Source: Caldisericota bacterium (GTDB lineage: Bacteria > Caldisericota > Caldisericia > JAAYUI01). Taken from it: 64,000 bases of DNA. Position 1 is the stretch's first letter, and every line of letters begins with the position of its first letter. Positions 8,998 through 19,829 of the stretch are shown in pieces. A model generated the notes under the pieces. That model did not search any database. It saw nothing but the letters and a program-made list of their open reading frames with translations, and was not told the DNA's origin. The position numbers and the translations under genes are program-made. The DNA is taken from positions 39,629-103,628 of the forward strand of contig JAKPMO010000028.1 of NCBI GenBank assembly GCA_029548865.1, written 5' to 3'.

Positions 8998-11955
8998 CTA
9001 AAATGGCTCCCAGAGAATTGTTATGCCCTTTGTACTCTGGTTCCATTCCACCTTGGCCCCAAAAGCCTCGGAGATAAACCTGAGTGGTACAAGTGTTCTG
9101 CCGGCAATAATGGATGCTGGAACATCAAGAACAAATGGTTGGCCGTTCACCAGCGCTTCTTTCTTGTCCTTCCAGATGACTATTTTAAAATCGTTCCTCG
9201 TTATGGTTATCCTGCCCTCGGAGGGCAACCAGTCAACCTTGCAGCCAAAACACTCCGAAATAAACCTGACAGGGATGAGCGTTCGGCCGCCAACCGGCTG
9301 GGGCGGGACATCCAGCTCAAGCTCGTCATCGTTTAGCAGGGCTTTTTTCTCGCCAAGCACGAGTTTGACGAATATGCTATTTTCTGTTCGCACTTTCAGC
9401 TTTGCCTTTATCTCGGGGCAATCTTCAACCTGGATTGTGATTTCTTCCTCAAAATCGGTGCCTTTTGGAATTGCAGACGCTTTTACCGAGATGGTGCCGC
9501 CAAACCTGTTTCCATTAATCGCAAATGTCGGCGGGTTCACTTCAATCCAGCTGGCGCTGGCCTTTATCGTGCCTTTGTAGGTTCCGCTATGCGGAAAATC
9601 CAGGGAGAAAGGCAAAGACATTGATTTTCCACGCTTGATGTCACCAAAATAGAACTCACTTGGTGACAACTTGGGGCAATTTTTCGGCTTTTCTGCAGTT
9701 TTCAGCACAAATTTGACGCTCGATTCACCTGTTTCCCATGCCACCAAAATGGAACCACTATAGGCGTTTCCAGGTTTCAGTTTTGTACTATCAGCAATTA
9801 TGGCCATCTCCTTTTGAAAACCGGCTTCCAGCAAAAACTCTTTTTGGCCAATGACCAGAAAATCATAGTCTGCCGTAATCTTTATTTGCGCATCTTTGTT
9901 GCCGGCATTTTTCAAAACCAGCTTCAGTGTCTTTGTCTGGCCCGCAGCCAATTCGCCAAAATCAAGCAAATTTGTTGACAGGGTAATATTTGCCCTTCTG
10001 TCGTCCTCGACGGTGTACTCAGCTCTTGCGGTTTTGCCAAGATATTCACAGACGATAGAACCTTTTAATGCGGGCTCGTTTGGGGCGGTAAACAGGCCTG
10101 TTTTTGTGATGTTCCCCTGGCCCTCCGGATCAAGAGACCATTTTAATTCCTTGTTTAATTCGGCCCTTCTGCCAGAAAGGGTCACAACATAGACTTTTAT
10201 CTGGTAAGTCTGCCCTTTTTTGATGTTGATCTTGTCAGGCTCAAGCTCGATCTTTTCAATGTCCTCCACTACCACTGTAGCCACACCGCGAACATCACCC
10301 AGGTTCGCAACCACATTGCAGCTGCCAGGCCCGTTTGCCAAAAACAGACCATTCGAATCGATTGAACCGACGGATGCATTATTAGTGCTCCAGACAAATG
10401 CTATGTTGGGGATTTGCTTGCCATTCTGGTCGTATGCCACAGCCTCAAACACTGCGCTCTCGCCAATAAACATCTCTTTGCGCTCCGGTTTGACCTCAAT
10501 CTTTGAAAGAATCTGCGGTTCAATTACCTCAATTTTGGCCTCACCGCATATATTGCCAACACAGGCTTTTACCGTGCAAGTTCCAGCTTTTGTCCCTGCT
10601 GTGAATGTTCCACTGGACGCTATGGTGCCCATTTCTGGCGGATCCACAGACCATTTTGGATTTATGCCAATTTTTTTGCCCTCCGAATCATAGCCTACGG
10701 CAGAAAGCAAAACCGATTCTTTTATCTTGACGTTTGGTGATTCAGAAGTAACAACAATCTTTTCCAGCGATGTTTTTTGGGTGACGGTGTCACTGGAAAA
10801 ACAATACATGTTTCCATCCATTGACCCCACAAAGACCCTTTTGTCATAAATTGAGACAGCTGACAGGACCGGGCCACCAGTTTTATATGACCAGACCAGA
10901 TCGCCGGTTTCTGCATCCAGAACATAAAAAGTACCTGACATTGAACTGGCATACACCATCGATCCCCCAACAACAGGAGAAGCAGCGGGAATATTGTCTA
11001 TTGCGTATTCCCACTTAGTGCTTCCGTCAGATTTGTTGGCACAATAGATCTTCTTGTCCAGCCCTCCAAAATAAATGCAAGACTTGTCAGATGCTATGCC
11101 AGTTATGCATTTTGGCAATTCCCTTTCCCAGCTCTTTTCCCCACCAGATGTGCTAAACGAGCACAACAGGCTATCTATGGTGCCAAAAAATACTTTACCA
11201 CCATATATGCAGGGCTCGCTGTATCCGACTGTTTTTCCACGGTGCCAGTAAGTCCATTGCTCCTTGCCACTCTTGGCATTCAGGCATTTTAAAAAATATG
11301 AGCTGGCAATATATATTTCATTGTCATAAAAACACGGAGAAGAAATCTCGTTGTTCAACACAACCGTCTTCCAGATTTCTTTTCCGGTTTTTGCATCAAG
11401 GCAATAGACAACCTGTGCGGTTGAAACACAGAAGATTTTTTCATCCGCAATGATGATTGCGCTATTGAAAGATTCTACTTTGTCCCTGTTCACATATTCC
11501 CACAGCTTTTTGCCTGTCTTCTCATCCAGACACAAAACGCTTCCACAGATTGTCCCAAAATAGACTTTCCCGTCAAAAAGCGCAGGTGTCGAAATAGTTC
11601 CGCCAATTGTTGCCTTCTGCTCATTCTTGCAGCTTTCGCCAATAAGGAAGTCCCATTTTTTTGACCCGGTGTTGATGTCGACACAATAAAACATGTTACT
11701 TGCGTTGCCAAAATACATGAGCCCGTCTTTTATCACAGAAGATGAACCAATTCCCCCACCAGTTTTGAATTCCCAGGTTTTTTTAAAATCCTTTGAGGAC
11801 GGTGCGCAATCACTGCTTGCGTTTCCGGAATGCTCCGGCCCATTCATATACATGAGCCAGTCGCATTTCACGGAAAAGGAATTCATTGGGTCAAAAAATT
11901 GGAAGACTGCAGAAATCAAGAATAATATTGCGATTGCAAGGTTGATCTTTCTCAT
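8998..11955 (-). CDS. Secreted PQQ-like beta-propeller plus Ig-like domains plus C-terminal copper-amine-oxidase-like stalk domains
   Basis: Signal peptide MRKINLAIAILF; repeated 'YCLDAKTGKEIW' units; 'VPLRFISEAFGAKVEW'; start moved to ATG 11955 after GGAGG. Confidence 0.85.
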   Translation of the reverse strand: MRKINLAIAILFLISAVFQFFDPMNSFSVKCDWLMYMNGPEHSGNASSDCAPSSKDFKKTWEFKTGGGIGSSSVIKDGLMYFGNASNMFYCVDINTGSKKWDFLIGESCKNEQKATIGGTISTPALFDGKVYFGTICGSVLCLDEKTGKKLWEYVNRDKVESFNSAIIIADEKIFCVSTAQVVYCLDAKTGKEIWKTVVLNNEISSPCFYDNEIYIASSYFLKCLNAKSGKEQWTYWHRGKTVGYSEPCIYGGKVFFGTIDSLLCSFSTSGGEKSWERELPKCITGIASDKSCIYFGGLDKKIYCANKSDGSTKWEYAIDNIPAASPVVGGSMVYASSMSGTFYVLDAETGDLVWSYKTGGPVLSAVSIYDKRVFVGSMDGNMYCFSSDTVTQKTSLEKIVVTSESPNVKIKESVLLSAVGYDSEGKKIGINPKWSVDPPEMGTIASSGTFTAGTKAGTCTVKACVGNICGEAKIEVIEPQILSKIEVKPERKEMFIGESAVFEAVAYDQNGKQIPNIAFVWSTNNASVGSIDSNGLFLANGPGSCNVVANLGDVRGVATVVVEDIEKIELEPDKINIKKGQTYQIKVYVVTLSGRRAELNKELKWSLDPEGQGNITKTGLFTAPNEPALKGSIVCEYLGKTARAEYTVEDDRRANITLSTNLLDFGELAAGQTKTLKLVLKNAGNKDAQIKITADYDFLVIGQKEFLLEAGFQKEMAIIADSTKLKPGNAYSGSILVAWETGESSVKFVLKTAEKPKNCPKLSPSEFYFGDIKRGKSMSLPFSLDFPHSGTYKGTIKASASWIEVNPPTFAINGNRFGGTISVKASAIPKGTDFEEEITIQVEDCPEIKAKLKVRTENSIFVKLVLGEKKALLNDDELELDVPPQPVGGRTLIPVRFISECFGCKVDWLPSEGRITITRNDFKIVIWKDKKEALVNGQPFVLDVPASIIAGRTLVPLRFISEAFGAKVEWNQSTKGITILWEPF

Positions 11956-12216
11956 GGTACCTCCTTTACCAGACCGCATATTATACTTTATTTGTGTCAA
12001 TAATTCTTCACAAATTGTTTACAGGTTTCAAGATCAATGTCAGGTTTATTTTGCAACTTATTTTATTAAAATGACGCTACATCAATAAAATTGGGTCTGA
12101 AAATGCTCAAATTCTTTGATACAGACCCCGCGAAATTCTGAGCTTCAAAAGAGGAGCCTGAAGACTTGGAAAACAATGCATCATTTAGATATGATGACAA
12201 CTATATTATTTATGCC

Positions 12217-12251
12217 AAAAATAGGGCCAGCATAAAATCTACTGCTGGCCC
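12217..12251 (-). terminator. Intrinsic terminator after 12278..16012
   Basis: GGGCCAGCA/TGCTGGCCC stem followed by a T-run on the minus strand. Confidence 0.7.
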
Positions 12252-12277
12252 AGTGAACAGTGAACAACTTTACTCAA

Positions 12278-15200
12278 TTATTTTAAATGTATTATCCTCT
12301 CTACTCTCTTCGTTGTGCCATAGGTATCAGTGCAAGTGACAATAACATTATAGTCTCCTGCCTGGCTAAAGGCATGCTTGAATACAGCTTCGCTGTCGGA
12401 ATTCTTTAGATCGGCACTCTGGTCAGCACTGTTGTCGTCAAACGAGCATGTCAACCTGTAGGGCGAGGAGCCACCTTTTGCCCTGACCCGCAATTCTACT
12501 TCGTTGCCAAGCCTTGCATTGCCTGTCTTCAGGTCAATGCCCTTCCAGTTGACCTCAAACTGGAGAACTTCCACAGATTGTTGTCTTGGAATAAATATAG
12601 AGGCATAGTCTGTTTTTGAGTCCTGTTGTCCGGATGTGTGGTGCTTGCCCTGAACAGTTGCAAGATTCGTCAGCGTTAGGCCATTTTCCGGGACTTCTAT
12701 TTTCTCGGAGAGTTTAAATGTGAGCGTGGCCGTAAATGCCCCTCCAACCCTCAAAGAGCCGACGGAGAATCTTACAGAAGTATTGGAAGCTGTTGCAGAG
12801 GGTCTGGAGGACACAAATTCAAGCTCCCTCGGGAACACATCAGTAAGGATGACGTCCACAGCATCTCCGCTGCCAACATTGTGGACAAAGATGGTATATG
12901 TGAACTTGTCTTTCTCACCATAGACAGATTTTCCGGCGTTCTTTGTTATCTTGAATTCCACCCTGCCATAGAACTCCACCTTAACGCAAGCCTCGGAATA
13001 CTCAGACTTGCACTCGGCACTGGCGCAAACAGTTGCTATCTGCTCAACATTTGAAGACCTGAGAATTACAGTTGCAACGCCACCTATGACATACGCCGAG
13101 GCATTAACACCACTTCCATTCAGAGTGCCAAAATTCGTCTTGAAATTCACCAGTATCTGGTTGTCTGGCAAGAATCCCTGGGCCGAGGTGTCCACATCGT
13201 TGCTGTTTATTCTCATGTCGCCGGTAATGGTTGATTCAGATCCACCAATCAAAATTCTGGCTGGCAAGGCAAACGTTTTGAGCACAAGCCATGGATTGAA
13301 ATCGGCCTGCCCGATCACCTCATCGCCATGACCGTCTTTTTCTGGGCCATCATTTGCACCCCACCAGTTGTTTTCTGCCAACAATGGGTTTGCCCCCGAG
13401 CAACCCGGATCAACAGACAGGCCATACTCCTGATTGCCACAGATGATATTGTGATGGATCGACCCTCCAGGGATTGGCCACGGTCCGCCATAGCTTCCCT
13501 GGGCTTCGCCTCCAAATATCCAGATCCCCTGATAGTTGTTTATGATCGTATTCCTAAAACAATCCAGAATGGCAATGTCCCAGAGCTGGAATGCCTGGCC
13601 CTCTCCCCACATGCCCAAGACAACACCATTCACAAAATTGTTGTCAATCCTGGCATAGCTTGCATGGTTGACCTCCAGAGCTGCCCACTGTTCACCCTGC
13701 AGGCCCTGGTTGCCGCCAATGGTTTCCCATCGATTATTTGATGCAAAAACCTGCGTCGTTTTTTGAATATAATGGCCCCTTAAAGAGACGGACCCATTAC
13801 AATGATGAATGTAGTTGTCAGAGAAGGTAACAACATCCAGCGGGAACCCGTTGCCACCATATGGCGAGTAATCGGATGCAATGTCAATGTCCATCACGGC
13901 TCCCCAATTCAGAATCCTGGTAAATTCCGTTGACAGGATTGTAAAATCACCCGCAAAGCGGTTGCCACCTATACCAGCCCTGTTGATATTGTTCTCACCA
14001 TCAATGGCACAGTTTTCCATGTAAAAATTACTCACGATTCCTGTCGGGGGCTGGTTCATGGCAAATATTGGAACTTGACCGGGGAACGTTCCCATAAAAT
14101 ACACAAAATCAAAGGACACACCATTTATTGGGGCATAATTTACGAATTGAATGCCATTTGTAATAATCAAATCTTCAAACCTGTTGTTGTTTATTTGTGC
14201 GCTGTTGGCAAAAATCAAACTTCCATTAGGGCCGGAGATGTGTGGTCTCGTAACACTTATTGGGAGAAGTCCCGGGTCTGTCCAGCATACACCTTTGATG
14301 GTTATGTCATCTTTTGCCTGATTGATCGCAACTGTCTCCTGATAGTCACCAGGTGCAACATTTATGTTTGCGCCAGGAATGGCTGCCGAGTATGCCTGAT
14401 TTATGGACGGGAAGGCATCCACACCAATGTAATGTATGTTGCCTAGATCACACGGGAAATTGACCTCTGCCATGTACGGCAAACCAACCCAGTCATCATC
14501 AACATAGGATTCAAAGGGATCTATTGCATTGACTGTAGGCGGCGTAAAAATTGTCCACCCATCCGAATCACTGTTTATCTGCAAAGTCAAACGTGCCTGT
14601 GTAAGGTCAAATGCCGTTGGTGTCATCCACGCGCCACCGGGGAAGGGTGTCCAGCCCCCTGAAGGCAATCTATAATAAGGGATTACATTCCACCTGCCAA
14701 TATCTGGCCCGGATTCGATTTGGCCCATCACCAACCTGACATCAAAAGTCCCCGGGACCTGTGAAGGTGTGTTGGCAGATGTCGCGCCAGATCCCATTGT
14801 GCCTGGTGCAAAATCCATTGTCCTTTGAACAGTGTTTGTTTCATCGATACTTTCAAGCCTGGGCGCACTCATCCCAGGACTCCAAAAAATATTTGGCGGG
14901 TTGGGATGGTTTATGTTCCAGTACATTTGGAGAGGAATCTGCTCGTTTCCAGAACCCAGTCCCCAGTCTTCAATCAGCATCCTGAATTTCTTTATTGATG
15001 TTTGCGGGGGCATTGCATTGCCAGACATGGACATGTCTATATCCCTCAGTGTTACCACATAAATCTGGCCATCTGACATGTTTATTGTGCCCCTGTCACT
15101 TCCCTGGTCATAATAATAGTAGCGGTTTCCCGCAGGCTGCGTGCCAGGGCCGCACACAGACTGGTCTGTTATGACCTGGATATTCCTTGCAACACTCTGG

Positions 15201-16012
15201 CCCGAACCTGTTCCTGACCAACATCCGCCAAAAATCTGCATTTGGGTCATGTCTCCGGTGAAGCTCATGCCGATGTTGTAGGAATGATTGGGGCCATTTG
15301 CCGACCAGGCTGTATAAAAACCAACCGGCACACCGTTGACTGTCGCAAAAGCAGTGCCCTGCGTTGGGGTGATTGCATGATATGCAATCTCGACATTGTA
15401 TATGCCGCCAGTATTGTATGTCCACCCATCAAGGCAACCCCACATGTCATCTTGCCAGGGATCGACTGTGTCACGATCAAACCACAATCCATAATTGTTC
15501 CATGCCGTTGGCGTGCCCACTTGCGAGTTTACTGTGATAGGGCTGTACGAATCGTAGTATCTCTCGTCACGGCCACCCTGGTATTGGAGATTGAATTTGT
15601 CCTGGGAGTTTTGGATTCCCGGGGTAGGCACAGTGTCTTTTGCGCCATAAGACATCCAGCACCCCGAACCGATAGGCGGATTAAAATCAGACCCTGCCCC
15701 TGACACACGAATGCCGATTTGCTGCCAATAGCTCCATGAACTTGAAGGAAGGGACAGACTGGCAGTATCAAGCGTATATTTCAGAACAACGTCGCTCTGG
15801 ACCAGGTTATACACATCATTATAATGATACGTTGTAAACGATGCGGCAGGAAAAACCCAGTCAGGATAAGTGATGACAGTCTGTGGGGTGATGATGGGAG
15901 CATCTTCTATAATTCTCCTGTTGTCACTCCCCTGCACAAATGTTGACGGGGCAACAGGATAAAGAGCCAAACCAATTGCCAAAAGAAGGCCCACTGTTGT
16001 TTTCATGAGCAT
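12278..16012 (-). CDS. Large secreted protein: parallel beta-helix (pectin-lyase-like), Ig-like, DUF11 and PKD-like domains
   Basis: Signal peptide; YVDDDW...AFPSINQA...APGDYQE; NNWWGANDGP; DUF11-like FTYTIFVHNVG...DVILTDVFP; C-terminal HAFSQAGDYNV. Confidence 0.7.
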   Translation of the reverse strand: MLMKTTVGLLLAIGLALYPVAPSTFVQGSDNRRIIEDAPIITPQTVITYPDWVFPAASFTTYHYNDVYNLVQSDVVLKYTLDTASLSLPSSSWSYWQQIGIRVSGAGSDFNPPIGSGCWMSYGAKDTVPTPGIQNSQDKFNLQYQGGRDERYYDSYSPITVNSQVGTPTAWNNYGLWFDRDTVDPWQDDMWGCLDGWTYNTGGIYNVEIAYHAITPTQGTAFATVNGVPVGFYTAWSANGPNHSYNIGMSFTGDMTQMQIFGGCWSGTGSGQSVARNIQVITDQSVCGPGTQPAGNRYYYYDQGSDRGTINMSDGQIYVVTLRDIDMSMSGNAMPPQTSIKKFRMLIEDWGLGSGNEQIPLQMYWNINHPNPPNIFWSPGMSAPRLESIDETNTVQRTMDFAPGTMGSGATSANTPSQVPGTFDVRLVMGQIESGPDIGRWNVIPYYRLPSGGWTPFPGGAWMTPTAFDLTQARLTLQINSDSDGWTIFTPPTVNAIDPFESYVDDDWVGLPYMAEVNFPCDLGNIHYIGVDAFPSINQAYSAAIPGANINVAPGDYQETVAINQAKDDITIKGVCWTDPGLLPISVTRPHISGPNGSLIFANSAQINNNRFEDLIITNGIQFVNYAPINGVSFDFVYFMGTFPGQVPIFAMNQPPTGIVSNFYMENCAIDGENNINRAGIGGNRFAGDFTILSTEFTRILNWGAVMDIDIASDYSPYGGNGFPLDVVTFSDNYIHHCNGSVSLRGHYIQKTTQVFASNNRWETIGGNQGLQGEQWAALEVNHASYARIDNNFVNGVVLGMWGEGQAFQLWDIAILDCFRNTIINNYQGIWIFGGEAQGSYGGPWPIPGGSIHHNIICGNQEYGLSVDPGCSGANPLLAENNWWGANDGPEKDGHGDEVIGQADFNPWLVLKTFALPARILIGGSESTITGDMRINSNDVDTSAQGFLPDNQILVNFKTNFGTLNGSGVNASAYVIGGVATVILRSSNVEQIATVCASAECKSEYSEACVKVEFYGRVEFKITKNAGKSVYGEKDKFTYTIFVHNVGSGDAVDVILTDVFPRELEFVSSRPSATASNTSVRFSVGSLRVGGAFTATLTFKLSEKIEVPENGLTLTNLATVQGKHHTSGQQDSKTDYASIFIPRQQSVEVLQFEVNWKGIDLKTGNARLGNEVELRVRAKGGSSPYRLTCSFDDNSADQSADLKNSDSEAVFKHAFSQAGDYNVIVTCTDTYGTTKRVERIIHLK

Positions 16013-16294
16013 AACTCTCCACCTCTTTTTCCAGCTTTTTTACTCACAATAACAGGTCATCATTAATTTATGGGCATGCCTTTGTCAATATGCTAAAAGT
16101 AATTATTACTTAATAAATAACTGTGATATCTCATAAATACAATATCTTTGTCTATATATTTTTATAAATAATAGTTATTAGAAACATATCCTCGTAAATA
16201 TTCATGGCCAGATGTATTTTTCTATAATTAATAATTGATATATTATCTTTTTTGTTATTTCTATGATTATTGGTTTGTTAAGAAATTTTATTAT

Positions 16295-17482
16295 CTAATC
16301 ATAAAAGTAATTGAACGTATCTGTTGAGAAAACTCCTTTGTCGGTGAACACATAAAAGTTGCAATACTCAACAAAAGAATAGTATATTTTGCCAAATTGA
16401 TAGTAACGGGAAGACATCAGGCTTGTCATCCCGTTTTTATTGATCTTGTAAATGGAGAGGCTCGAATTTGTCCCGTCACTGCCTGAAAACAGGCAATAAG
16501 TGTCTTCATAACGCATAAAATATGACACAAACGTGAAGTCTGTTTTCCCGAGCAAATCAACCCCATATCCGTAGGTTGGTCTCAACGAGCCAGTCCTTGG
16601 GTTAATCGTTATTATTCCATGGCTATACGGACACATGTACCTGTTCGTGTAAACACCAGGTTTCAGACCGGCAATCTTTTTGGAGTATAATGAAGTACCA
16701 GCCGACTTGATGTCAAAACCGTATAAATACTCGCCATCATAATATCCAAAAATATCTAGATTAGACGGATCCTGGGCTGGCAGAAAAAACGAATCTTCCA
16801 TGTTGCTTTTCCTCGGGAGCTCTATGTTAATTTCTCCATCCAGGCTGGATATGTGCTCCCCGTCAGAATAAAGAACCTTCTGTTTATTGTCCTCAGTGTA
16901 AATGCTTGTCAGTATGACCGGACCATCAAAAGTTTTTTTGTATTCACAGACCCCATCAATGTTGTATATAATGACATCCTTCATTGACTCGTCCTGGCAA
17001 ATGATGGCTTGCTTTCCAGTGGAGGTGACGATGGTTTTGAGTTTTGGCACCTCTACGCTCCAGTGTTTCTCTATCTGGGCATTAAGAAGAGGGGCATTGA
17101 ACAGCGAAATATAATATTTGCTGTTTTGCTGTGAATACAAAACATAATGATATGTCTGCGGTTTCTCTGGGGATTCTGGGCTGATGTCCGATATTGCGTA
17201 GCTTGATATCGTCTTTCCGGGTATCGAGATTTGACTATTGATTTTATCGTCTGGAGATTTGAAATATTCGAAATAGAGCCTGTAGATGTTCACATTTTGA
17301 TTTCTCAAATCAACTATGCTGCTGTCTGTAAAAGCATAGTCATAAATTACGCATTTTGCATCGATTGAAACAGGGGAAATTCTCCTTGGCGCAAAACCGC
17401 TCGTGAACCGTAAAAAAGCTACAAAATATAATACGATGAGTATAGACAAAAATATGCCACCTATGTATTTGAAGATCCTCAC
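16295..17482 (-). CDS. Hypothetical membrane-anchored beta-rich protein
   Basis: 395-aa ORF with one N-terminal TM; Tyr/Ser-rich. Confidence 0.65.
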   Translation of the reverse strand: MRIFKYIGGIFLSILIVLYFVAFLRFTSGFAPRRISPVSIDAKCVIYDYAFTDSSIVDLRNQNVNIYRLYFEYFKSPDDKINSQISIPGKTISSYAISDISPESPEKPQTYHYVLYSQQNSKYYISLFNAPLLNAQIEKHWSVEVPKLKTIVTSTGKQAIICQDESMKDVIIYNIDGVCEYKKTFDGPVILTSIYTEDNKQKVLYSDGEHISSLDGEINIELPRKSNMEDSFFLPAQDPSNLDIFGYYDGEYLYGFDIKSAGTSLYSKKIAGLKPGVYTNRYMCPYSHGIITINPRTGSLRPTYGYGVDLLGKTDFTFVSYFMRYEDTYCLFSGSDGTNSSLSIYKINKNGMTSLMSSRYYQFGKIYYSFVEYCNFYVFTDKGVFSTDTFNYFYD

Positions 17483-17600
17483 AATTTATATATTGGCATC
17501 TTTTATTTTAAGGTTCAACTGGTGGCTATTCTAGTTCCTCAAAATGGTATTATTCAAAAAAAGGCGTTAGGTAAGTTTCTCACAAAAAGAGAAACACAAC

Positions 17601-17640
17601 AAAAAAACTGGCTTGGGTATCCCCAAGATTACCCAGGCCA
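17601..17640 (-). terminator. Intrinsic terminator ending the head-tail operon
   Basis: Minus strand TGGCCTGGGTA-N10-TACCCAAGCCA (one mismatch) then GTTTTTTT. Confidence 0.65.
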
Positions 17641-17668
17641 GCCGATCACTGAAATTACAGCTCAAAGC

Positions 17669-18304
17669 CTACGCAAACTTCTTCCTCACCTCCACAATCC
17701 CACCGTCCCTGAGAAAAACAACCCTGAACCCAAGCGCCTCGCAAAACCAGCGCAGGGGGACAACGGCATGCCCCATGTCCAGCGCCAGCTTCAACGGCAT
17801 TTTATTCGGCTTGCCCATGACAAGCGCCTGATCAGAGTTTATCGCCACCCTCACAAGCGGGATATCCGCCGCCTGTCTTGCCTCTAAAAGTGGGAAATAT
17901 TTTCCCGGGCAAGCCGTTGGTGCAATCGCGCTGTGTGGCAAAATATTCTCTGGTACAATGCCATGCCGTGCGGCAATGTCCTTTATCAGGGCAAGGAGTC
18001 CTGAGAGCTGTTTTTCCTCCATCGGGCCTTTTTCAAAGTTTCCCATGCAACAAACCCCGATTGAGTTGAAATTGTGAGCCCCACACCTGCTCTGTGACTG
18101 ATTGTCAGCCCCGCAGTGCGCCGCGACCAAACCCTCTTTTTGCCAGCCCTCCCACGAGCCGTCAGAGTAAACCACATAATGATATTCCCTGGGGTTGAGC
18201 TTTTTTGTCGCCGCCACAAGGGCCTTTTCCTTTGCCACACCAATTTTTCCGTTCACAAAATGGTGGAGCACAAGATATTTCGGGTCATCAAGGATGTATT
18301 CCAC
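17669..18304 (-). CDS. N-acetylmuramoyl-L-alanine amidase (Amidase_2/PGRP-like endolysin) with C-terminal stalk-like domain
   Basis: LVLHH, YHYVV, AAHCG, NSIGVCCMGNF, LPHS..TACPG zinc-amidase motifs; C-terminal VVPLRWFCEALGFRV. Confidence 0.85.
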   Translation of the reverse strand: MEYILDDPKYLVLHHFVNGKIGVAKEKALVAATKKLNPREYHYVVYSDGSWEGWQKEGLVAAHCGADNQSQSRCGAHNFNSIGVCCMGNFEKGPMEEKQLSGLLALIKDIAARHGIVPENILPHSAIAPTACPGKYFPLLEARQAADIPLVRVAINSDQALVMGKPNKMPLKLALDMGHAVVPLRWFCEALGFRVVFLRDGGIVEVRKKFA

Positions 18305-18307
18305 TGC

Positions 18308-19018
18308 TCACCTCTCCGGCGCCGTCACCAGCGTCACCCTCAGCCTTGGGGTGGACGCTGTTGCCCAGTACGCCCAGACCGCCAGCCCTGAAGAGGGCAC
18401 CCTGTGCTTGGCTATCGGGATGTTGATGTTGTAGTTTGCGGCCTCAAGCTGGGGTGGTGTGCAGTATGTGTCCGGGTTGATGTCCCAGGGCACCGCCATT
18501 GGCGGGACCGGCTTGTCGCTCCAGCCCTGGCTGACGACTTTTGGAAAATCAAACCTCGGTTTTTTGATGTCTGTCAGGTTCACAAGCCCGGTACCTGGGT
18601 TTTGGGTCGCCGTGAGGATGGCCACCGATCCTTGCAGGACCTCACTGGAATATGGCGGAGACGGCGGAATGATCCAGTCCGGAGCCACGGAGATGCTGAT
18701 GCCATAGACATTTGCAAAACCTGTCAGCGTGATGATTTTCTGCCACTGCATGCTCTGGGTGAGGTAGCCCTCAAGGTTTGGCAATGGTATGTATTCGCCA
18801 TTCTGGTCGCCAGAGCCCGAGAGCAGGAGCATCGATGAGGTGATACCCGATTTCGCGGAACCAAAAAGCTCCTTCAGGCTGTATGACCACAAAACAGTTT
18901 TTGCGCCAGCTTCAAGGAGTGTTTCGCCAACTTTTTCCTTTGTGTAGCCAACCAGGCTGCTGACGGCGCTATTTGCCCTTCTGCATTGCGCCCATGCCAC
19001 TATTTCGTATCCCCTCAC
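18308..19018 (-). CDS. Hypothetical protein, probable tail tip or receptor-binding component
   Basis: GTGA overlap with the upstream gene; position in the operon. Confidence 0.6.
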   Translation of the reverse strand: MRGYEIVAWAQCRRANSAVSSLVGYTKEKVGETLLEAGAKTVLWSYSLKELFGSAKSGITSSMLLLSGSGDQNGEYIPLPNLEGYLTQSMQWQKIITLTGFANVYGISISVAPDWIIPPSPPYSSEVLQGSVAILTATQNPGTGLVNLTDIKKPRFDFPKVVSQGWSDKPVPPMAVPWDINPDTYCTPPQLEAANYNINIPIAKHRVPSSGLAVWAYWATASTPRLRVTLVTAPER

Positions 19019-19740
19019 AGGCCCTCCCCAAAGTATGCGCTGCCATGCTGGTGCTGGGACTCAAATGCAATCCCTGCCGACCAGAAGACGTTTGCCGGTG
19101 TCGCCTCGACCAGAAAATGCGTGTATGTGGTCGAGCTGGCGTAGCCAAACAGCTCGAAATAGGGCAGTGTGCATGAGGCATGCGAGACCATGTGCGGCAT
19201 TTCCGGGGTGTTCATCCAGCAATATGGGGCCCAGAATGGAGAAGGAATAATATGCAAGGACGCAGGTGGTGGTGAACTATTGTGGCAGATTGGAACCTGG
19301 CAGATGGTTTTTTCTCTCGTCTGGTTCATCTCCTCGTCATACTGCCTCATGATCAGCTTCACTGCTTGCGGGACATACGACCCTGCAAGCCCCAGGCAGT
19401 GGATCCTGCCTTTTCCCTTATAGAAACTGGCAATCGGTCCAGAATCAGGCAGTGCCTGTTCCGGATAGCCAGCCGATTTTGCCGGGAGGTGCGCATCAAG
19501 GTGCAGGTACATTGGCAACTGGTTCGGGTTCACCAGATCACTTATCTCCCTTGATGTCGCCTGGAGTGCCTGGGAGAGATCGGCGAGGAGCGCGTCAAGT
19601 GAAAGCGCGAAGTTTTCAAATTTCCTTTCAAGGTCGACGGCAAGACTGTCGTCATCTGTCTCGTCCATCTGGGAAAAGGCATTGTTGTACAGTCTCTGCG
19701 CCTCGGAAATTATCTGGCATATCGCAGGGGGCAGTGCCAT
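19015..19740 (-). CDS. Hypothetical protein (N-terminal helical/coiled region plus beta domain), probable tail-associated
   Basis: Start reassigned to ATG 19740 (MALPPA), coupled by TGATG to a small upstream ORF. Confidence 0.6.
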   Translation of the reverse strand: MALPPAICQIISEAQRLYNNAFSQMDETDDDSLAVDLERKFENFALSLDALLADLSQALQATSREISDLVNPNQLPMYLHLDAHLPAKSAGYPEQALPDSGPIASFYKGKGRIHCLGLAGSYVPQAVKLIMRQYDEEMNQTREKTICQVPICHNSSPPPASLHIIPSPFWAPYCWMNTPEMPHMVSHASCTLPYFELFGYASSTTYTHFLVEATPANVFWSAGIAFESQHQHGSAYFGEGL

Positions 19741-19820
19741 CAGACACCCCCAGGCATGATGAAAATCCCTGACAGACAGAAAATGGCTGACAGGAATACT
19801 GTGACATAAAGCAGGTTCAT
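19740..19820 (-). CDS. 26-aa single-transmembrane peptide MNLLYVTVFLSAIFCLSGIFIMPGGV
   Basis: GGGAGGG SD directly after the upstream stop; TGATG overlap with the next gene; fully hydrophobic; below the ORF-track cutoff. Confidence 0.6.
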   Translation of the reverse strand: MNLLYVTVFLSAIFCLSGIFIMPGGV

Positions 19821-19829
19821 TTTCCCTCC

